Below, in pieces: positions 1 through 10,487 of a DNA stretch of 64,000 nt. Made by a program: the position numbers and the translations under genes. Within the stretch, counting starts at the first letter, position 1. Each line of letters opens with the position of its first letter. The notes under the pieces were generated by a model. The model was not told the DNA's origin, ran no database searches, and saw nothing but the letters and a program-made list of their open reading frames with translations. The stretch is from a bacterium. Lineage in GTDB: Bacteria; Patescibacteriota; Patescibacteriia; JAACEG01. The DNA lies in contig DAOWHA010000050.1 of assembly GCA_030641665.1 (NCBI GenBank), positions 2,632 through 66,631 of the forward strand, read 5' to 3'.

Positions 1-1292
1 TTTGCCCGCCCCGCAATCTCTTTTTTGCTTAATTTTTTATTCCGTTTTTTAATTTCTGCTTCCGCCGCTCCTTTTAATTCCGCAAGCAGACTATCAATGT
101 CGACTTTCACGCCCTCGCGAGATTTCAGTTTTCCGCCTTCAACATTCACCATTCCATAGCTAAGATGGCGCATATTTTTAGCAGCATTGAATTTCAAAAT
201 GTCTAAAATAGCAAATAATTGCTTCTGTGATAAGTCCTGCTCGCTCGCGATAACATGAACTATTTTATTCAACTTATAATCCTTGCATTTTAAGTATGAT
301 AAATAAATATCCTGTGTTATATAAAGCGCCGTGCCGTCGCTCCGCAATAAAAATTTATTCGGCAGATTATATTTTTTTAAATCAGCCAAAACAGCGCCCC
401 CTTCTTTTATGAATTTTTTTTGCTTTAATCCTTTTAAAATAATATATCTGCCTTTTTTATAATAATTGCTTTCAAAATAAAATTTATCAAAACCGACCCC
501 GAGCTCATCGCAACTCTCTTTAATTCCTTTTAACGCCCAGTTATTCATCTTTTTCCAAAGAGCCCGAACTTTCTTATCTCCTTTTTCCCATTTTTGCAAA
601 AGCTCTTGCGCCTCTTTTTCAATTTCTGGATTTTCTTTTCTTAACTTGTCAAACAAAACATAATAATCCCCGACAAAATGATCGCTTTTTATCTTTTCGC
701 TTTTTGGAGTTTTTTTGTTTCCCATTTTTTGATAAGCAAGCATTGACTTGCAAATATGAATTCCTCTGTCGTTTATCAAACAAGTTTTTATAACTTTATA
801 TCCATTAGTTTTTAAAATTTTACTTACGCTCCATCCGATAAATGCGTTGCGGCTATGCCCTAAATGCAGCGGTTTATTTGTGTTTGGCGATAAATACTCG
901 ATCATTATTTTTCTGTTTTTTCCAATATCAGATTCTCCGATTTTGTCTTTTTTTAAAAAAACCTCGCTTAAAATTAGTTCTGCTGATCTTTCTTTATTTA
1001 TAAAAAAATTCAGATAAGTGTCTTGATTTTTTACCTTGCGAATAAGTCCTTCTTTTTTTAATCTAATATTTTTTGATAATTTCACCGCGATTTCAGCAGG
1101 CGATTTTCTAAAACTTTTTGCTAACGCAAAACAAGGGAGCGTAAAATCTCCCATCTCTCTTTCCGGAGGATAAATAATTTCCAGTTCTTTTAAAATTTTT
1201 ATATCAATAAACTGCTTTAATAATTCAAAAATCTCCTTAATCGCTAAAGATGCAAACCTACCTTCAATTTTTGAATTTAATTTATACTGCAT
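1..1292 (-). CDS. argS: Arginyl-tRNA synthetase, N-terminal ~430 aa (gene runs off left edge; C-terminus outside window)
   Basis: Manual minus-strand translation from ATG (cat at 1290-1292): MQYKLNSKIEGRFASLAIKEI...EYLSPNTNKPLHLGHSRNAFIGWS (class I HIGH-type motif in ArgS context). Open frame continues to position 1. Not in ORF track because it has no stop in the window. Confidence 0.75.
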   Translation of the reverse strand, partial: MQYKLNSKIEGRFASLAIKEIFELLKQFIDIKILKELEIIYPPEREMGDFTLPCFALAKSFRKSPAEIAVKLSKNIRLKKEGLIRKVKNQDTYLNFFINKERSAELILSEVFLKKDKIGESDIGKNRKIMIEYLSPNTNKPLHLGHSRNAFIGWSVSKILKTNGYKVIKTCLINDRGIHICKSMLAYQKMGNKKTPKSEKIKSDHFVGDYYVLFDKLRKENPEIEKEAQELLQKWEKGDKKVRALWKKMNNWALKGIKESCDELGVGFDKFYFESNYYKKGRYIILKGLKQKKFIKEGGAVLADLKKYNLPNKFLLRSDGTALYITQDIYLSYLKCKDYKLNKIVHVIASEQDLSQKQLFAILDILKFNAAKNMRHLSYGMVNVEGGKLKSREGVKVDIDSLLAELKGAAEAEIKKRNKKLSKKEIAGRA

Positions 1293-1299
1293 AAAAAAA

Positions 1300-1749
1300 T
1301 TATTTAAAACTTTTCACACGCGACTCAGACGCTTTTTTTATTAAAGCAGAACTTGAATTCAGTTTATCGCCACCGACATTATCAACCATTTTAATATTTA
1401 ATTCTTTGCAAAGCGCGGCCTCTGGCAAATTGCTTTCGTGTCTGTCGCCGCCATTTGCAAAAATATCAGGATTAATCTCTTTTAAGGATTTGCATACGGA
1501 TATGTCTTTATCAATTGAAATAAACGCTTTGTCTACCCATTTTATAGCGCTAACAATCTCAGCCCTGTCATTTTCAGGCATAAAAAGCACTCTGCCCTTT
1601 ACTATAACCTGCGAATCATTATTGATTATCACTACTAAATAATCGCCGAGTTTTTTAGCGTCTTTAAATAATTTAAGATGCCCTGTATGCAAGGGGTTAA
1701 AATAACCGCTCACGGCAACAACTATTTTCTTGCTTTCTGTTTTATCCAT
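1300..1749 (-). CDS. Cytidylyl/adenylyl-transferase-like nucleotidyltransferase (HldE domain II / TagD-like)
   Basis: VAVSGYFNPLHTGHLKLFKDAKKLGDYLVVIINND matches the (H/T)xGH nucleotidyltransferase signature of cytidylyltransferase-family proteins. Confidence 0.55.
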   Translation of the reverse strand: MDKTESKKIVVAVSGYFNPLHTGHLKLFKDAKKLGDYLVVIINNDSQVIVKGRVLFMPENDRAEIVSAIKWVDKAFISIDKDISVCKSLKEINPDIFANGGDRHESNLPEAALCKELNIKMVDNVGGDKLNSSSALIKKASESRVKSFK

Positions 1750-1872
1750 ACTTTTAAAATATTTTTATAAAATAAAATTGTTATAATTGACTAACTTAAT
1801 AAAATTTTGTAATATCTATTTATAGTTATAATACTATTATTAAATTAAATTTCAATAATAAACAAAAAATTT

Positions 1873-3264
1873 ATGAGAATAGATGAAACTATTTTTAGAA
1901 AATATGATATTCGCGGAAAATATCCGAAGGAAATTAACGAAGAAGCCGCTTATAAAATCGCCTTGAGTTTTAGTAATCTATTTCCAGATATAAAACAGGT
2001 CGCTATTGGGGGAGATATTAGAAAAAGCACTCCCAAGCTTAAAGATGCTATGATTAAAGGTCTTATTGACGGAGGCAAGAAGGTTATTGATGTTGGAATT
2101 GTAATATCCCCTGTGGTATTTTTTTCTGTCTGCCATTATAATTTTGATTGCGGAATTGTTATTACGGCGTCTCATTTAGGAGAAGGTTTTAATGGAATTA
2201 AAATAGTCTTTAAAAATGCCTATCCTACGCTGCCCGAGCATTATGACAAAATTAAAAATCTCATTATAAATAATAAATTATCTAAAACAAAAAATCAAAA
2301 AACAACAATCAAAAAAATAGATGCTGAAAAAGATTATATTAAATATATTACAAGTAAAATAAGCATAAAAAAACCGCTCAAACTTATCATAGATACCGGC
2401 AATGGAACTTCTCGCTTGCTTCCGGAAAAAATATTTAAAATACTTGGATGCGAAGCGAGCACTATATATTCAGACCCTGACGATTCATTTCCTAATCATA
2501 TTCCTGATCCGTATCATAAAGAAAATATGATGGATTTAAAAAAAGAAGTTTTAAAAAAAGGAGCGGATTTAGGAATCGGCTATGACGGCGACGGCGATCG
2601 AGCCGGCTTTATAGACAATAAAGGAAATTTAATAAATGGGGACGCCTTATTGATGGCTTTTACTAAAAATGCTTTTAAAAAAAAATTAGGACCTATCGTG
2701 GTTGATTCAAGGGCATCCTTGGCTTTAATTGAAGAAGTAGAAAAAAACAAGCAACGCATTGAATTAACAGTCGGGTATCACGCAGCCGTTCTTGATAAAA
2801 TAATTGAATTAAACGCTGTTTTTGGAGGCGAAGTCACATGCCATTTCTATTTTCCATTAGAATATTATTTAATTGACGATGCTTTGTTCGCTTCATTAAA
2901 ATTAGTTCAAATCGCTTCTGAAAAAGAAGACTTCTCGGATTATATGAATTCTTTGCCGAGATATTGCGCTAGCGAAGAAATTTTTATAGAATTCCCTGAC
3001 ACAAAAAAATATTTGGCTGTTGATAATTTTACTAAAATGGTAAAAGAAAAAAATCTTGATATCAATGATGTTGACGGCGCTAGAATAAATTTTAAAAACG
3101 GCTGGGGAATTGTCCGTCCGTCAAATACTTCTGCTTTTATAAAAGTTAAATTTGAAGGAAAAACAGATAAGGATTTATTAGATATAACTCGCAAAATAGT
3201 AGGTTTAATGGATGAGTCTGGAATTATAATGCCTGAAAGCAAAAGAAAGAAAATCGGCTTATAA
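1873..3264 (+). CDS. Phosphoglucomutase/phosphomannomutase family protein
   Basis: TASHLGEGFNGIK (active-site Ser loop) and GYDGDGDRAGFID (metal-binding DGDGDR) motifs. 463 aa, typical size for the family. Confidence 0.85.
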   Translation: MRIDETIFRKYDIRGKYPKEINEEAAYKIALSFSNLFPDIKQVAIGGDIRKSTPKLKDAMIKGLIDGGKKVIDVGIVISPVVFFSVCHYNFDCGIVITASHLGEGFNGIKIVFKNAYPTLPEHYDKIKNLIINNKLSKTKNQKTTIKKIDAEKDYIKYITSKISIKKPLKLIIDTGNGTSRLLPEKIFKILGCEASTIYSDPDDSFPNHIPDPYHKENMMDLKKEVLKKGADLGIGYDGDGDRAGFIDNKGNLINGDALLMAFTKNAFKKKLGPIVVDSRASLALIEEVEKNKQRIELTVGYHAAVLDKIIELNAVFGGEVTCHFYFPLEYYLIDDALFASLKLVQIASEKEDFSDYMNSLPRYCASEEIFIEFPDTKKYLAVDNFTKMVKEKNLDINDVDGARINFKNGWGIVRPSNTSAFIKVKFEGKTDKDLLDITRKIVGLMDESGIIMPESKRKKIGL

Positions 3265-3286
3265 AAAATTTTTATATTTTAAAAAT

Positions 3287-4042
3287 ATGCGACCAATAAA
3301 TTGTTTAACAAAAAAAATTTTAGGCAAGATAAAACTTATTGTTTTTGATGTTGACGGCGTTTTGGTTCCTCGCGGAACTAAAATAGAACAAAAAGGCAAT
3401 TGGACGACTTTTGAAACAAAAAGAATCGCTAAAAAACAGATTAATCAGATAAAAAAATTGCGCGAACTCGGATTCCTTATAAATATAAGCTCTGGAAGAG
3501 GGCTTTATATGCTACAAGATATGTTTAGGGAAATATTGACATTTACCAGTTTGACCTACGAAAACGGCAGCGCCACTTGGATTAACGGGGATGTAATACA
3601 GCACACTAACAGCTATAAATATTTGCGCGAAATATTTCCTAAACTGCAAAAAATTTCAGACAAACTCATTAAAGGATTTGAGCCGAAAGAATTTATAATC
3701 ACGATACATTGCCATAAACGGGTGCAAAAAATTGAAAATATCGTGAGCGAATATGATAATCTTTATACTGTTTGGAACGGGGAAGCTTATGATATCGGCG
3801 TAAAAGATATTCAATCTAAAGGCGTTGGCTTAAAAGCTTTTATTAAACATCTTAAATTAAAAAAAAAGAATGTGCTTGCTATCGGTGATAATTACAATGA
3901 CAAAGAACTGATTGAATGCGCGGGCGTTAAAATTACCGCTGATAAAAGCGTGTTAAAAGGCGATTTTTATATTCCCCTTGAAGGAAAATTATTGCCTGCG
4001 GATTTATTGATGGCGCAAATAATTAAGGAGATAAGCAGATAA
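3287..4042 (+). CDS. HAD-superfamily hydrolase, Cof-like (IIB) sugar-phosphate phosphatase
   Basis: LIVFDVDGVLV motif I (DxD) and late GDNYNDKELIE motif IV, typical of HAD-IIB phosphatases. Confidence 0.65.
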   Translation: MRPINCLTKKILGKIKLIVFDVDGVLVPRGTKIEQKGNWTTFETKRIAKKQINQIKKLRELGFLINISSGRGLYMLQDMFREILTFTSLTYENGSATWINGDVIQHTNSYKYLREIFPKLQKISDKLIKGFEPKEFIITIHCHKRVQKIENIVSEYDNLYTVWNGEAYDIGVKDIQSKGVGLKAFIKHLKLKKKNVLAIGDNYNDKELIECAGVKITADKSVLKGDFYIPLEGKLLPADLLMAQIIKEISR

Positions 4043-4118
4043 TTATTACAAATAATTTTTATCCGCAAGCCAAAACGATTTAATTTCTTTAAATTACAAA
4101 ATTTAAAAATCAACAAAA

Positions 4119-4165
4119 AAACAGCCAATAAGTATTACTTCACTTACTGGCTGTTTTATTTTTTC
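4119..4165 (+). terminator. Rho-independent terminator after HAD gene
   Basis: acagccaataagt...acttactggctg stem followed by ttttattttttcc T-run. Confidence 0.55.
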
Positions 4166-4265
4166 CGTTTTAACTTTTTAAAATAAAACTTTCTTGAATT
4201 AATATTTTTTTAAAAAATTAAGCATTTTTTAAATTTATAAAATTTTTTAATTTAAAAAGTTCAAA

Positions 4266-4296
4266 GGGCTTGTTCGCAAATTGCGCGAACAAGCCC
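4266..4296. terminator. Bidirectional hairpin between convergent genes
   Basis: gggcttgttcgc-aaattgc-gcgaacaagccc: perfect 12-bp stem. Confidence 0.5.
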
Positions 4297-4304
4297 TGTT
4301 AATA

Positions 4305-4562
4305 TTAAGGAAATATATCTTTTCTTTTTCTGCAGCCGCCTATAATAGCAGCTGCAAAAATAAAAAAAATGCATCCTCCAAAAAGGAGGTAAATCAACCA
4401 ATTCGGATCCAGTATCAGTGGATCTAATTTCAATTCCGCTGGCAGCGGAGCGATTTGTCTTAATTTTTCTTTTGCCACCTCATTAGAGAAATGACATAAA
4501 ATACCAAAACTGCCAAAAATAAATCCAGTAATTCCAAAAATCCAAGAAAAAAATTTCTTCAT
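4305..4562 (-). CDS. Small hydrophobic membrane protein (hypothetical)
   Basis: 85-aa ORF with two predicted TM segments (FFSWIFGITGFIFGSFGIL; LIYLLFGGCIFFIFAAAIIGG). Confidence 0.4.
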   Translation of the reverse strand: MKKFFSWIFGITGFIFGSFGILCHFSNEVAKEKLRQIAPLPAELKLDPLILDPNWLIYLLFGGCIFFIFAAAIIGGCRKRKDIFP

Positions 4563-4690
4563 TTTTTAGTCTCCTTTTTTTATTTTGTTATTCCCGCAAA
4601 CCGCGAGAAAAAAATATACAAAAGAACACTCTCCGCACTTTGCGGGGATTAGAGAATAATAGCATATTTTTAAAAAAATGCAATAGATAT

Positions 4691-4880
4691 TGTCTTTGCG
4701 AGAAGCGAATAGAGCGATAGCGGAATGAGCGACGAAGCAATCCCATTACTGAGCGAACAAATCTGTAATTATAAATTTTTTTGCGTAAACAAAATATTGC
4801 TTTTGCATAGTTTATGCGTTATTAACGAGATTGCTTCGTCGCACCTCACTCGCTCCGCTCGTTCAACTCCTCGCAAAAAC
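4691..4880. repeat. Nested palindromic intergenic element, copy 1 (long variant, 190 bp)
   Basis: TGTCTTTGCGAGAAG...GACGAAGCAATCCCATTACTGAGCGAACAAATCTG...GATTGCTTCGTCG...CTCCTCGCAAAAACA. Ends 2 nt before the aldolase stop codon. Confidence 0.9.
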
Positions 4881-4882
4881 AA

Positions 4883-5812
4883 TTATTTTTTTAGCTCCGT
4901 CTCTCCTAAAAATATCTTATATGCTTCTTCCGCGGTATAATTATATAATACTACGGCGGAAATAGCGTTTGCCATTCTGACAGATTCATTTAATCTTCGC
5001 TGGTAAATATTCCTACCTACTGCCGCTCCTTTTGTTCCGCTGATATGAATCTGATTGTATAAACTCTGTAAGAAGCGCTTCGGATCCTTCTTGCTTCCGC
5101 CAACGCAAATTACGCCTGTCCTGCCTGCGGCAATAACAGCTTCTTTGAATTTTTTGCTTGCTTTCGCGCTCCCGTTTCGCCCATACGGATAATTTATTTT
5201 AACAAAATCCGCTCCAAGGCAGACCGCCGCGCCTGCTCCGCCCGCTATTAAATGCAAATCATTTTCATCTTTAACCGCTCTGCCGCGCGGATATATCCAG
5301 ATAACAGCTATCATCCCTTCTTTATGCGCTTCATAGATCAGGTTTGCGGCCTGATTAAACATCTCGGATTCATACCAACTCCCGATATAAATCGTATAGC
5401 CAACTCCGAGAATATTTAATTTTGCCTGTCTTTTAAATTCTATAATTTTTTCAAAGTCCAGCCAAATATTTCCAAAAGGGTCTTTTTGCTCTTTTTTTAA
5501 TAAATGCGTTTTTGAGTTAGCTTTAATCAGATAAGGGACATGGGGATAATCTCTGCCATATTTTGCGATTAAGCCGAGTTGCGCGGCAAAAACGCCAATA
5601 TGCGCCTTGCTTGCTATTTTAAAATAGTGTTCCGGATCGGCAACCTCTTTAGGGATATTCTTGGCGACAAAATCATCATTAAGATGTTCAATTTTCTGGT
5701 CGCCAGCGAACATCATCAGCCGACCTGTGCCGTTAGTGGCTAATCTAAAATTTTTTTTATATTCTTTTTCTTTGCCTTTCGGCACTGATAAAGGAATGTT
5801 TATTTTTAGCAT
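4883..5812 (-). CDS. Class I fructose-bisphosphate aldolase, DhnA/archaeal type (or related ADH synthase family)
   Basis: 309 aa. VKINYP Schiff-base lysine context and overall DhnA-family-like sequence (GADFVKINYPYG). Confidence 0.65.
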   Translation of the reverse strand: MLKINIPLSVPKGKEKEYKKNFRLATNGTGRLMMFAGDQKIEHLNDDFVAKNIPKEVADPEHYFKIASKAHIGVFAAQLGLIAKYGRDYPHVPYLIKANSKTHLLKKEQKDPFGNIWLDFEKIIEFKRQAKLNILGVGYTIYIGSWYESEMFNQAANLIYEAHKEGMIAVIWIYPRGRAVKDENDLHLIAGGAGAAVCLGADFVKINYPYGRNGSAKASKKFKEAVIAAGRTGVICVGGSKKDPKRFLQSLYNQIHISGTKGAAVGRNIYQRRLNESVRMANAISAVVLYNYTAEEAYKIFLGETELKK

Positions 5813-5879
5813 AAAAAAATAAAATTAAAAAATTAAATAATAATTGCCAAATTGGTAATTGCAAATTGCAAATTTATTT

Positions 5880-6953
5880 CTATATTGTTTCCGTTAAAGA
5901 ATACATCGGCATAATAACCGCCAGCGCCATGCCGGCAACGCCGACGCCTAAAATCAAAATTAAGACCGGCTCAATAATGGCAGGAAGATTTTTCATTGTC
6001 TGATTAACTTCTTCCTCATAAAATTCAGCCATTTCTTTTAAAACATTATCTAAACTTCCTGTCTCTTCGCCAATTGTTATCATCTCAGTTACAACGGGAG
6101 GAAATATGCGCGGATCTTTTTTAAGAGTATCTGCTATATTGATTCCTTTTGCGACTTTCTCAGATGCCTCTATGATAATCTGCTTATAAATGACATTGCC
6201 TAAAACATTTGATGTTATTTTTAAACTGTCCATTATCGGAATGTCTGTCATTAGCATAGAATGCAAAGTCCTGCAAAAACGGGATAAATTTATTTTTTTA
6301 ATAATCTTGCCAAAAATCGGCAGACGCAATAAAACTATATGAAAATATAGCTTGCCTTTTTTTGTCCTTATTGCGGCAAAAAATCCAGATATCAATATTA
6401 TAATGACAGATGGCGTTAAAATTTTATGCGCAACGGCAAAGTCGCTGATTCCTATTAAAATTCTTGTCGGCAACGGCAATTCAACGCCTGAAGCTTGAAA
6501 AATCTCCGTTATTTTGGGAATAATAAAAATAATCATCAACCCTCCTATGCCTATCATCGCTAAAACAATTATTATCGGATAAATCATCGCGCCCCTAACC
6601 TTAGAGCGTATTTCATAATCCTTTTTTGTTTGGATAAAAAGTTGCTCTAAAGCGTCTTCAAGTTTTCCGCTAACTTCCCCTGCTTGAATTATATTGATAA
6701 AAAGTTCGCCGAATATTTTTTTGTATTTTTTCAAACTTTCCGCAAAACCGTTGCCTTTTTCAATACTATTCTTTAAATCCGTTAAAATCAGTTGAAACTT
6801 TTTATTGCCGCTCTGTAAAGAAAGTGTTGATAAAGCCCTTGCTAATGGCACTCCAGCCCTCATCATCACCCGAAGATGCTGAATAAAAAACAACTTTTCC
6901 GATAAAGGAATTCTTTGGAAACGAGTTATATAATTATTTAGAGATTGCAACAT
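5880..6953 (-). CDS. pilC: Type IV pilus assembly platform protein PilC (GspF family)
   Basis: 357 aa with duplicated GspF-domain architecture and three TM regions. Lies immediately downstream of pilB. Confidence 0.85.
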   Translation of the reverse strand: MLQSLNNYITRFQRIPLSEKLFFIQHLRVMMRAGVPLARALSTLSLQSGNKKFQLILTDLKNSIEKGNGFAESLKKYKKIFGELFINIIQAGEVSGKLEDALEQLFIQTKKDYEIRSKVRGAMIYPIIIVLAMIGIGGLMIIFIIPKITEIFQASGVELPLPTRILIGISDFAVAHKILTPSVIIILISGFFAAIRTKKGKLYFHIVLLRLPIFGKIIKKINLSRFCRTLHSMLMTDIPIMDSLKITSNVLGNVIYKQIIIEASEKVAKGINIADTLKKDPRIFPPVVTEMITIGEETGSLDNVLKEMAEFYEEEVNQTMKNLPAIIEPVLILILGVGVAGMALAVIMPMYSLTETI

Positions 6954-6960
6954 AAATAAA

Positions 6961-8697
6961 TTATTCTTTAGTAACCCTTAATACTTCTTCAATTGTGGTA
7001 ATGCCGCTTTTTGCCTTCATAAATCCGTCTTCAATGATTGACAGCATATCTTGCTCCGCTGCTGCCTGTTTTAATTTCTCGGCATCCGCTTTTTTATTTA
7101 TCAATTCAATAATTTTTGGCGTAATCTCTAAAATTTCATAAATTCCCACTCTCCCCTTATATCCTTCGTTATTGCAATTCTTGCAGCCTTTTCCTCTGTA
7201 AAACAGCAATTTTTTTAAATCTTTGTCAGCGATAATCTTTTCTATTTTAAGAGTATCTAAAATTTTATTCATATCTAATGTCCGCGATAAATCCTTAATT
7301 GTTTCTGTGGTCAGCTTATAACTCGTAATGCAGTCTTGGCAAATTTTTCTTACCAGCCGCTGCGCGATGATGCAGTTGGTTGTCGTGGCAAGCAAGAATG
7401 ACGGTATTCCCATATCAGCTAAGCGCGGCAATGTCGTCACTGCGTCGTTTGTATGCAAAGTTGAAAGCACTAAGTGTCCTGTCATAGCCGCATGAACAGC
7501 CATTTCCGCCGTCTCCTGATCGCGGATTTCACCAACCATAATAATATCCGGATCCTGCCTTAAAAAGGCTCTAAGTCCCGTGGCAAACGAAAAGCCGATT
7601 TTTGGATTAACCTGACTTTGATTTATTCCTGATATTTGATATTCTATCGGATCTTCAATAGTGGAAATGTTAACTGAAATTTTATTCAAAATATTTAATA
7701 TAGAATAAAGAGTGGTTGTTTTTCCTGAGCCGGTAGGTCCTGTAACTAAAACCATTCCATGCGGCTTTGCTATATTCCTTTTTAATATGATTAAATCTTT
7801 CTTATTAAATCCTAATTTATCCAAACTTAAAATTTGTGATTTTTCATCCAGCAGCCGCATTACAATCTTTTCGCCGTTAAAAATAGGAATTGTTGAAACA
7901 CGAAATGAAACCTGATACTCGGAAATTTTAATTTTAAACCGCCCGTCTTGCGGTAGCCTATGCTCGTCAAGTTTTAAATTAGCCAAAACTTTGACTCGCG
8001 CCACAATCCCCAGTTGGCTAGTTTTTGGCAAAGCCATTACTTTGCGCAAAATTCCGTCAATGCGATAACGCACCACAATCTCATTTTCTACCGGCTCTAT
8101 GTGAATATCAGAGGCTTTTTCAAAAATAGCATATTCTAATAAAGTATCAACAATGCGGACGATCGGCAAATCCTCTGCTAATTCCTTTAAATTTTTTCCG
8201 TCTTCCGCAAGGTTGCCACCGTCTTTATCTTCCTGAATTTTAACTATATCCTTAAATTCTGTCTGAAGCCCTTTGTGATATTGCTTAATAATATCCTTGA
8301 TGCTTTCGGGGGTTGTAAGATATACTTTAATCGTTCCGCCAATCTTTTTTTTAATAAATTCTATTATCTGTATATTGCTCGGCTTAATAGTGGCAAGTTT
8401 GCATTCTTTCGCTGTTTTATCAAAAACGACTATTTTGTGCGTATGCGCTATTGTTTCAGGAATAAGATTTAAAATATCCTTGCGAATCGTTTTGTCTGTT
8501 AATTTTATAAAAGGCATCTTAAAATAACGCGCTGCGTTTTCATATAAAATATCTATGGAAATAATTTTTTTATCTTTTAAATATTTTAATAAATCAACAT
8601 TGTCTTTCGCGGCGGCTACTTTAAATTCATTAAACTTTTTTTCGTTAATAATATTATTTTGAATCAATATTTTTTTTAATTGTTCTGCTGAAAACAT
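6961..8697 (-). CDS. pilB: Type IV pilus assembly ATPase PilB (GspE family)
   Basis: N-terminal GSPII domain, Walker A LVTGPTGSGKTTT, and C-terminal tetracysteine CQDC...CKNCNNEGYKG. Confidence 0.9.
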   Translation of the reverse strand: MFSAEQLKKILIQNNIINEKKFNEFKVAAAKDNVDLLKYLKDKKIISIDILYENAARYFKMPFIKLTDKTIRKDILNLIPETIAHTHKIVVFDKTAKECKLATIKPSNIQIIEFIKKKIGGTIKVYLTTPESIKDIIKQYHKGLQTEFKDIVKIQEDKDGGNLAEDGKNLKELAEDLPIVRIVDTLLEYAIFEKASDIHIEPVENEIVVRYRIDGILRKVMALPKTSQLGIVARVKVLANLKLDEHRLPQDGRFKIKISEYQVSFRVSTIPIFNGEKIVMRLLDEKSQILSLDKLGFNKKDLIILKRNIAKPHGMVLVTGPTGSGKTTTLYSILNILNKISVNISTIEDPIEYQISGINQSQVNPKIGFSFATGLRAFLRQDPDIIMVGEIRDQETAEMAVHAAMTGHLVLSTLHTNDAVTTLPRLADMGIPSFLLATTTNCIIAQRLVRKICQDCITSYKLTTETIKDLSRTLDMNKILDTLKIEKIIADKDLKKLLFYRGKGCKNCNNEGYKGRVGIYEILEITPKIIELINKKADAEKLKQAAAEQDMLSIIEDGFMKAKSGITTIEEVLRVTKE

Positions 8698-8874
8698 GTT
8701 CTTTTTTTTTAATTTTATCTTAATTGTATTATAACATAAAATAAAAATTTGTTTATCTTGTCAATAAAAAAATTTAGGTGTAAAATTAAATAAATAACTC
8801 ACCTGACACAATTTATTATAACGATTATAGATTATATAAAATATTATTTAACAATTATAATTGCCACCCCCACC

Positions 8875-8949
8875 CGCAAACCTACAAATCTGCTACGAAT
8901 ATTACAAATAGACTTTGTATTATTTGTAATTAATTTGTAGATTTGCGGT
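8875..8949. promoter_or_regulatory. Nested palindrome in pilB upstream / divergent promoter region
   Basis: cgcaaacctacaaat...atttgtagatttgcgg outer IR around attacaaata...tatttgtaat inner IR. Located ~180 bp upstream of the pilB start. Confidence 0.3.
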
Positions 8950-9036
8950 GACCTATGATTATTAAAAAAATTTATCTGTAAAATAAAATTTTATATCTTT
9001 TTTAATAACTTAAGCGCGTAAGATAAGTAAATAATT

Positions 9037-9390
9037 ATGAAATATCTTTTAAAAATTGTTTTTAAGGACAAGATAATATCTCTCTGTTTTTTCGCAAGTT
9101 TATTGCTTAATATTTTTATTTGGATCTATTGTTTTCTGAACATAAAAGCTGGCGAAGAGTTAATCTATTTGCATTATAATATCTATTTTGGAGTAGATTT
9201 TATCGGCGAATGGCGTAAAATTTTTATAATTCCAATTTTTGGCTTAATAATTCTGCTAATAAACTATTCAATATCTATACAGATTTATTTAAAAAATAAA
9301 TTTGTAAGTTATATTTTAGTTGGTTCTGCATTATTCGCTCAATTTATTCTATTATTTGCAAGCATTGCGATAGTTTGGATAAATAATTAA
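9037..9390 (+). CDS. Hypothetical integral membrane protein
   Basis: 117 aa, four hydrophobic segments, no recognisable motif. Confidence 0.4.
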   Translation: MKYLLKIVFKDKIISLCFFASLLLNIFIWIYCFLNIKAGEELIYLHYNIYFGVDFIGEWRKIFIIPIFGLIILLINYSISIQIYLKNKFVSYILVGSALFAQFILLFASIAIVWINN

Positions 9391-9403
9391 ATAAAAATCA
9401 TTT

Positions 9404-10486
9404 ATGAAAATAGCATTAGTTCATGATATGTTAACGCAATTCGGCGGCGCTGAAAAAGTTTTAAAATCGCTGGCAGATCTATATCCGAAAGCGCCTATAT
9501 TCACTTTGATTTATGATAAAAAAAAATTCGGAAATATATTTCCGCCAGAAAGAGTCAAGACCTCTTTTCTGCAAAATTTTCCATGCGCAAAAACAAAATT
9601 TGAACTGTACTTGCCATTAATGCCGATAGCTATAGAAAGTTTTAATTTGAACGAATTTGATTTAATTATCTCGTCTTCAAGCTCTTTTGCTAATGGAATT
9701 ATCACAAAACCAGCAACAAAGCATATTTGTTACTGCCATACGCCGACGCGCTACCTTTGGATTGACGCTAAAAATTATATTGACGGCCTAAAATATAACA
9801 AATTTATCAAAGCTCTGCTCCCTCCAATTCTAAATAGGCTAAAAACTTGGGATAAATCCGCGTCAAGCAGAGTTAATAATTTTATAGCAAATTCTGAAAA
9901 TGTGAAAGAAAGAATTAAAAAATATTATCAGCGAGATAGCGCGGTAATTTACCCACCAGTTGAAACTGAAAAATTTTGCGCGTCCCAAGACAGAAAAGAT
10001 TATTTTTTAATCGGCGGAAGGCTTGTCTCTTATAAAAAATTTGATTTGGCGATTAAGGCATTTAATAAATTAAAAATTCCGCTTAAAATTTTCGGTACCG
10101 GACCTGATTCTCGAAAACTAAAAAAAATAGCCGATAAAAATATCCGATTTTTAGGATTTGTAAGCGAGCGCAAAAAAGCAAAGCTATATTCAAGCGCGCG
10201 CGCTTTTATCTGCCCGCACGAAGAAGATTTTGGAATAACGGTTATCGAGGCAATGGCGTCTGGAACGCCGATAATCGCGTACAAAAAAGGCGGCGCAGTT
10301 GAATCAGTGTCAGAAGGCGTGAGCGGTGAATTTTTTACAGAACAAAATTATAAGGCGCTAGCTGACAAAATTTCAAACTTTAACAGCAATAATTATAATC
10401 CGCTGGAAATTAAAAAACTTGCTGAAAAATTCAGCAAAAATAAATTTAAAGAAAAAATTAAAAAATTTATTGAAAAAAATTATTAG
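9404..10486 (+). CDS. Glycosyltransferase family 4 (GT-B)
   Basis: EEDFGITVIEAMASGTPIIA (E-x7-E motif of GT4). 360 aa. Confidence 0.8.
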   Translation: MKIALVHDMLTQFGGAEKVLKSLADLYPKAPIFTLIYDKKKFGNIFPPERVKTSFLQNFPCAKTKFELYLPLMPIAIESFNLNEFDLIISSSSSFANGIITKPATKHICYCHTPTRYLWIDAKNYIDGLKYNKFIKALLPPILNRLKTWDKSASSRVNNFIANSENVKERIKKYYQRDSAVIYPPVETEKFCASQDRKDYFLIGGRLVSYKKFDLAIKAFNKLKIPLKIFGTGPDSRKLKKIADKNIRFLGFVSERKKAKLYSSARAFICPHEEDFGITVIEAMASGTPIIAYKKGGAVESVSEGVSGEFFTEQNYKALADKISNFNSNNYNPLEIKKLAEKFSKNKFKEKIKKFIEKNY

Positions 10487-10487
10487 T

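Noticed and set aside
4725-4940. ORF-track proteins beginning MSDEAIPLL... (also 26109-26462, 55986-56243 and 56364-56969) and other short ORFs overlapping the palindromic elements
   Set aside because: They are translations of the repeat element itself (same peptide at many loci, different frames downstream), so they are not genes.
10419-10487. Longer recO start overlapping the GT4 gene
   Set aside because: Overlap of 68 nt with a low-complexity K-rich leader. ATG 10488 follows the upstream stop directly and starts the conserved region.
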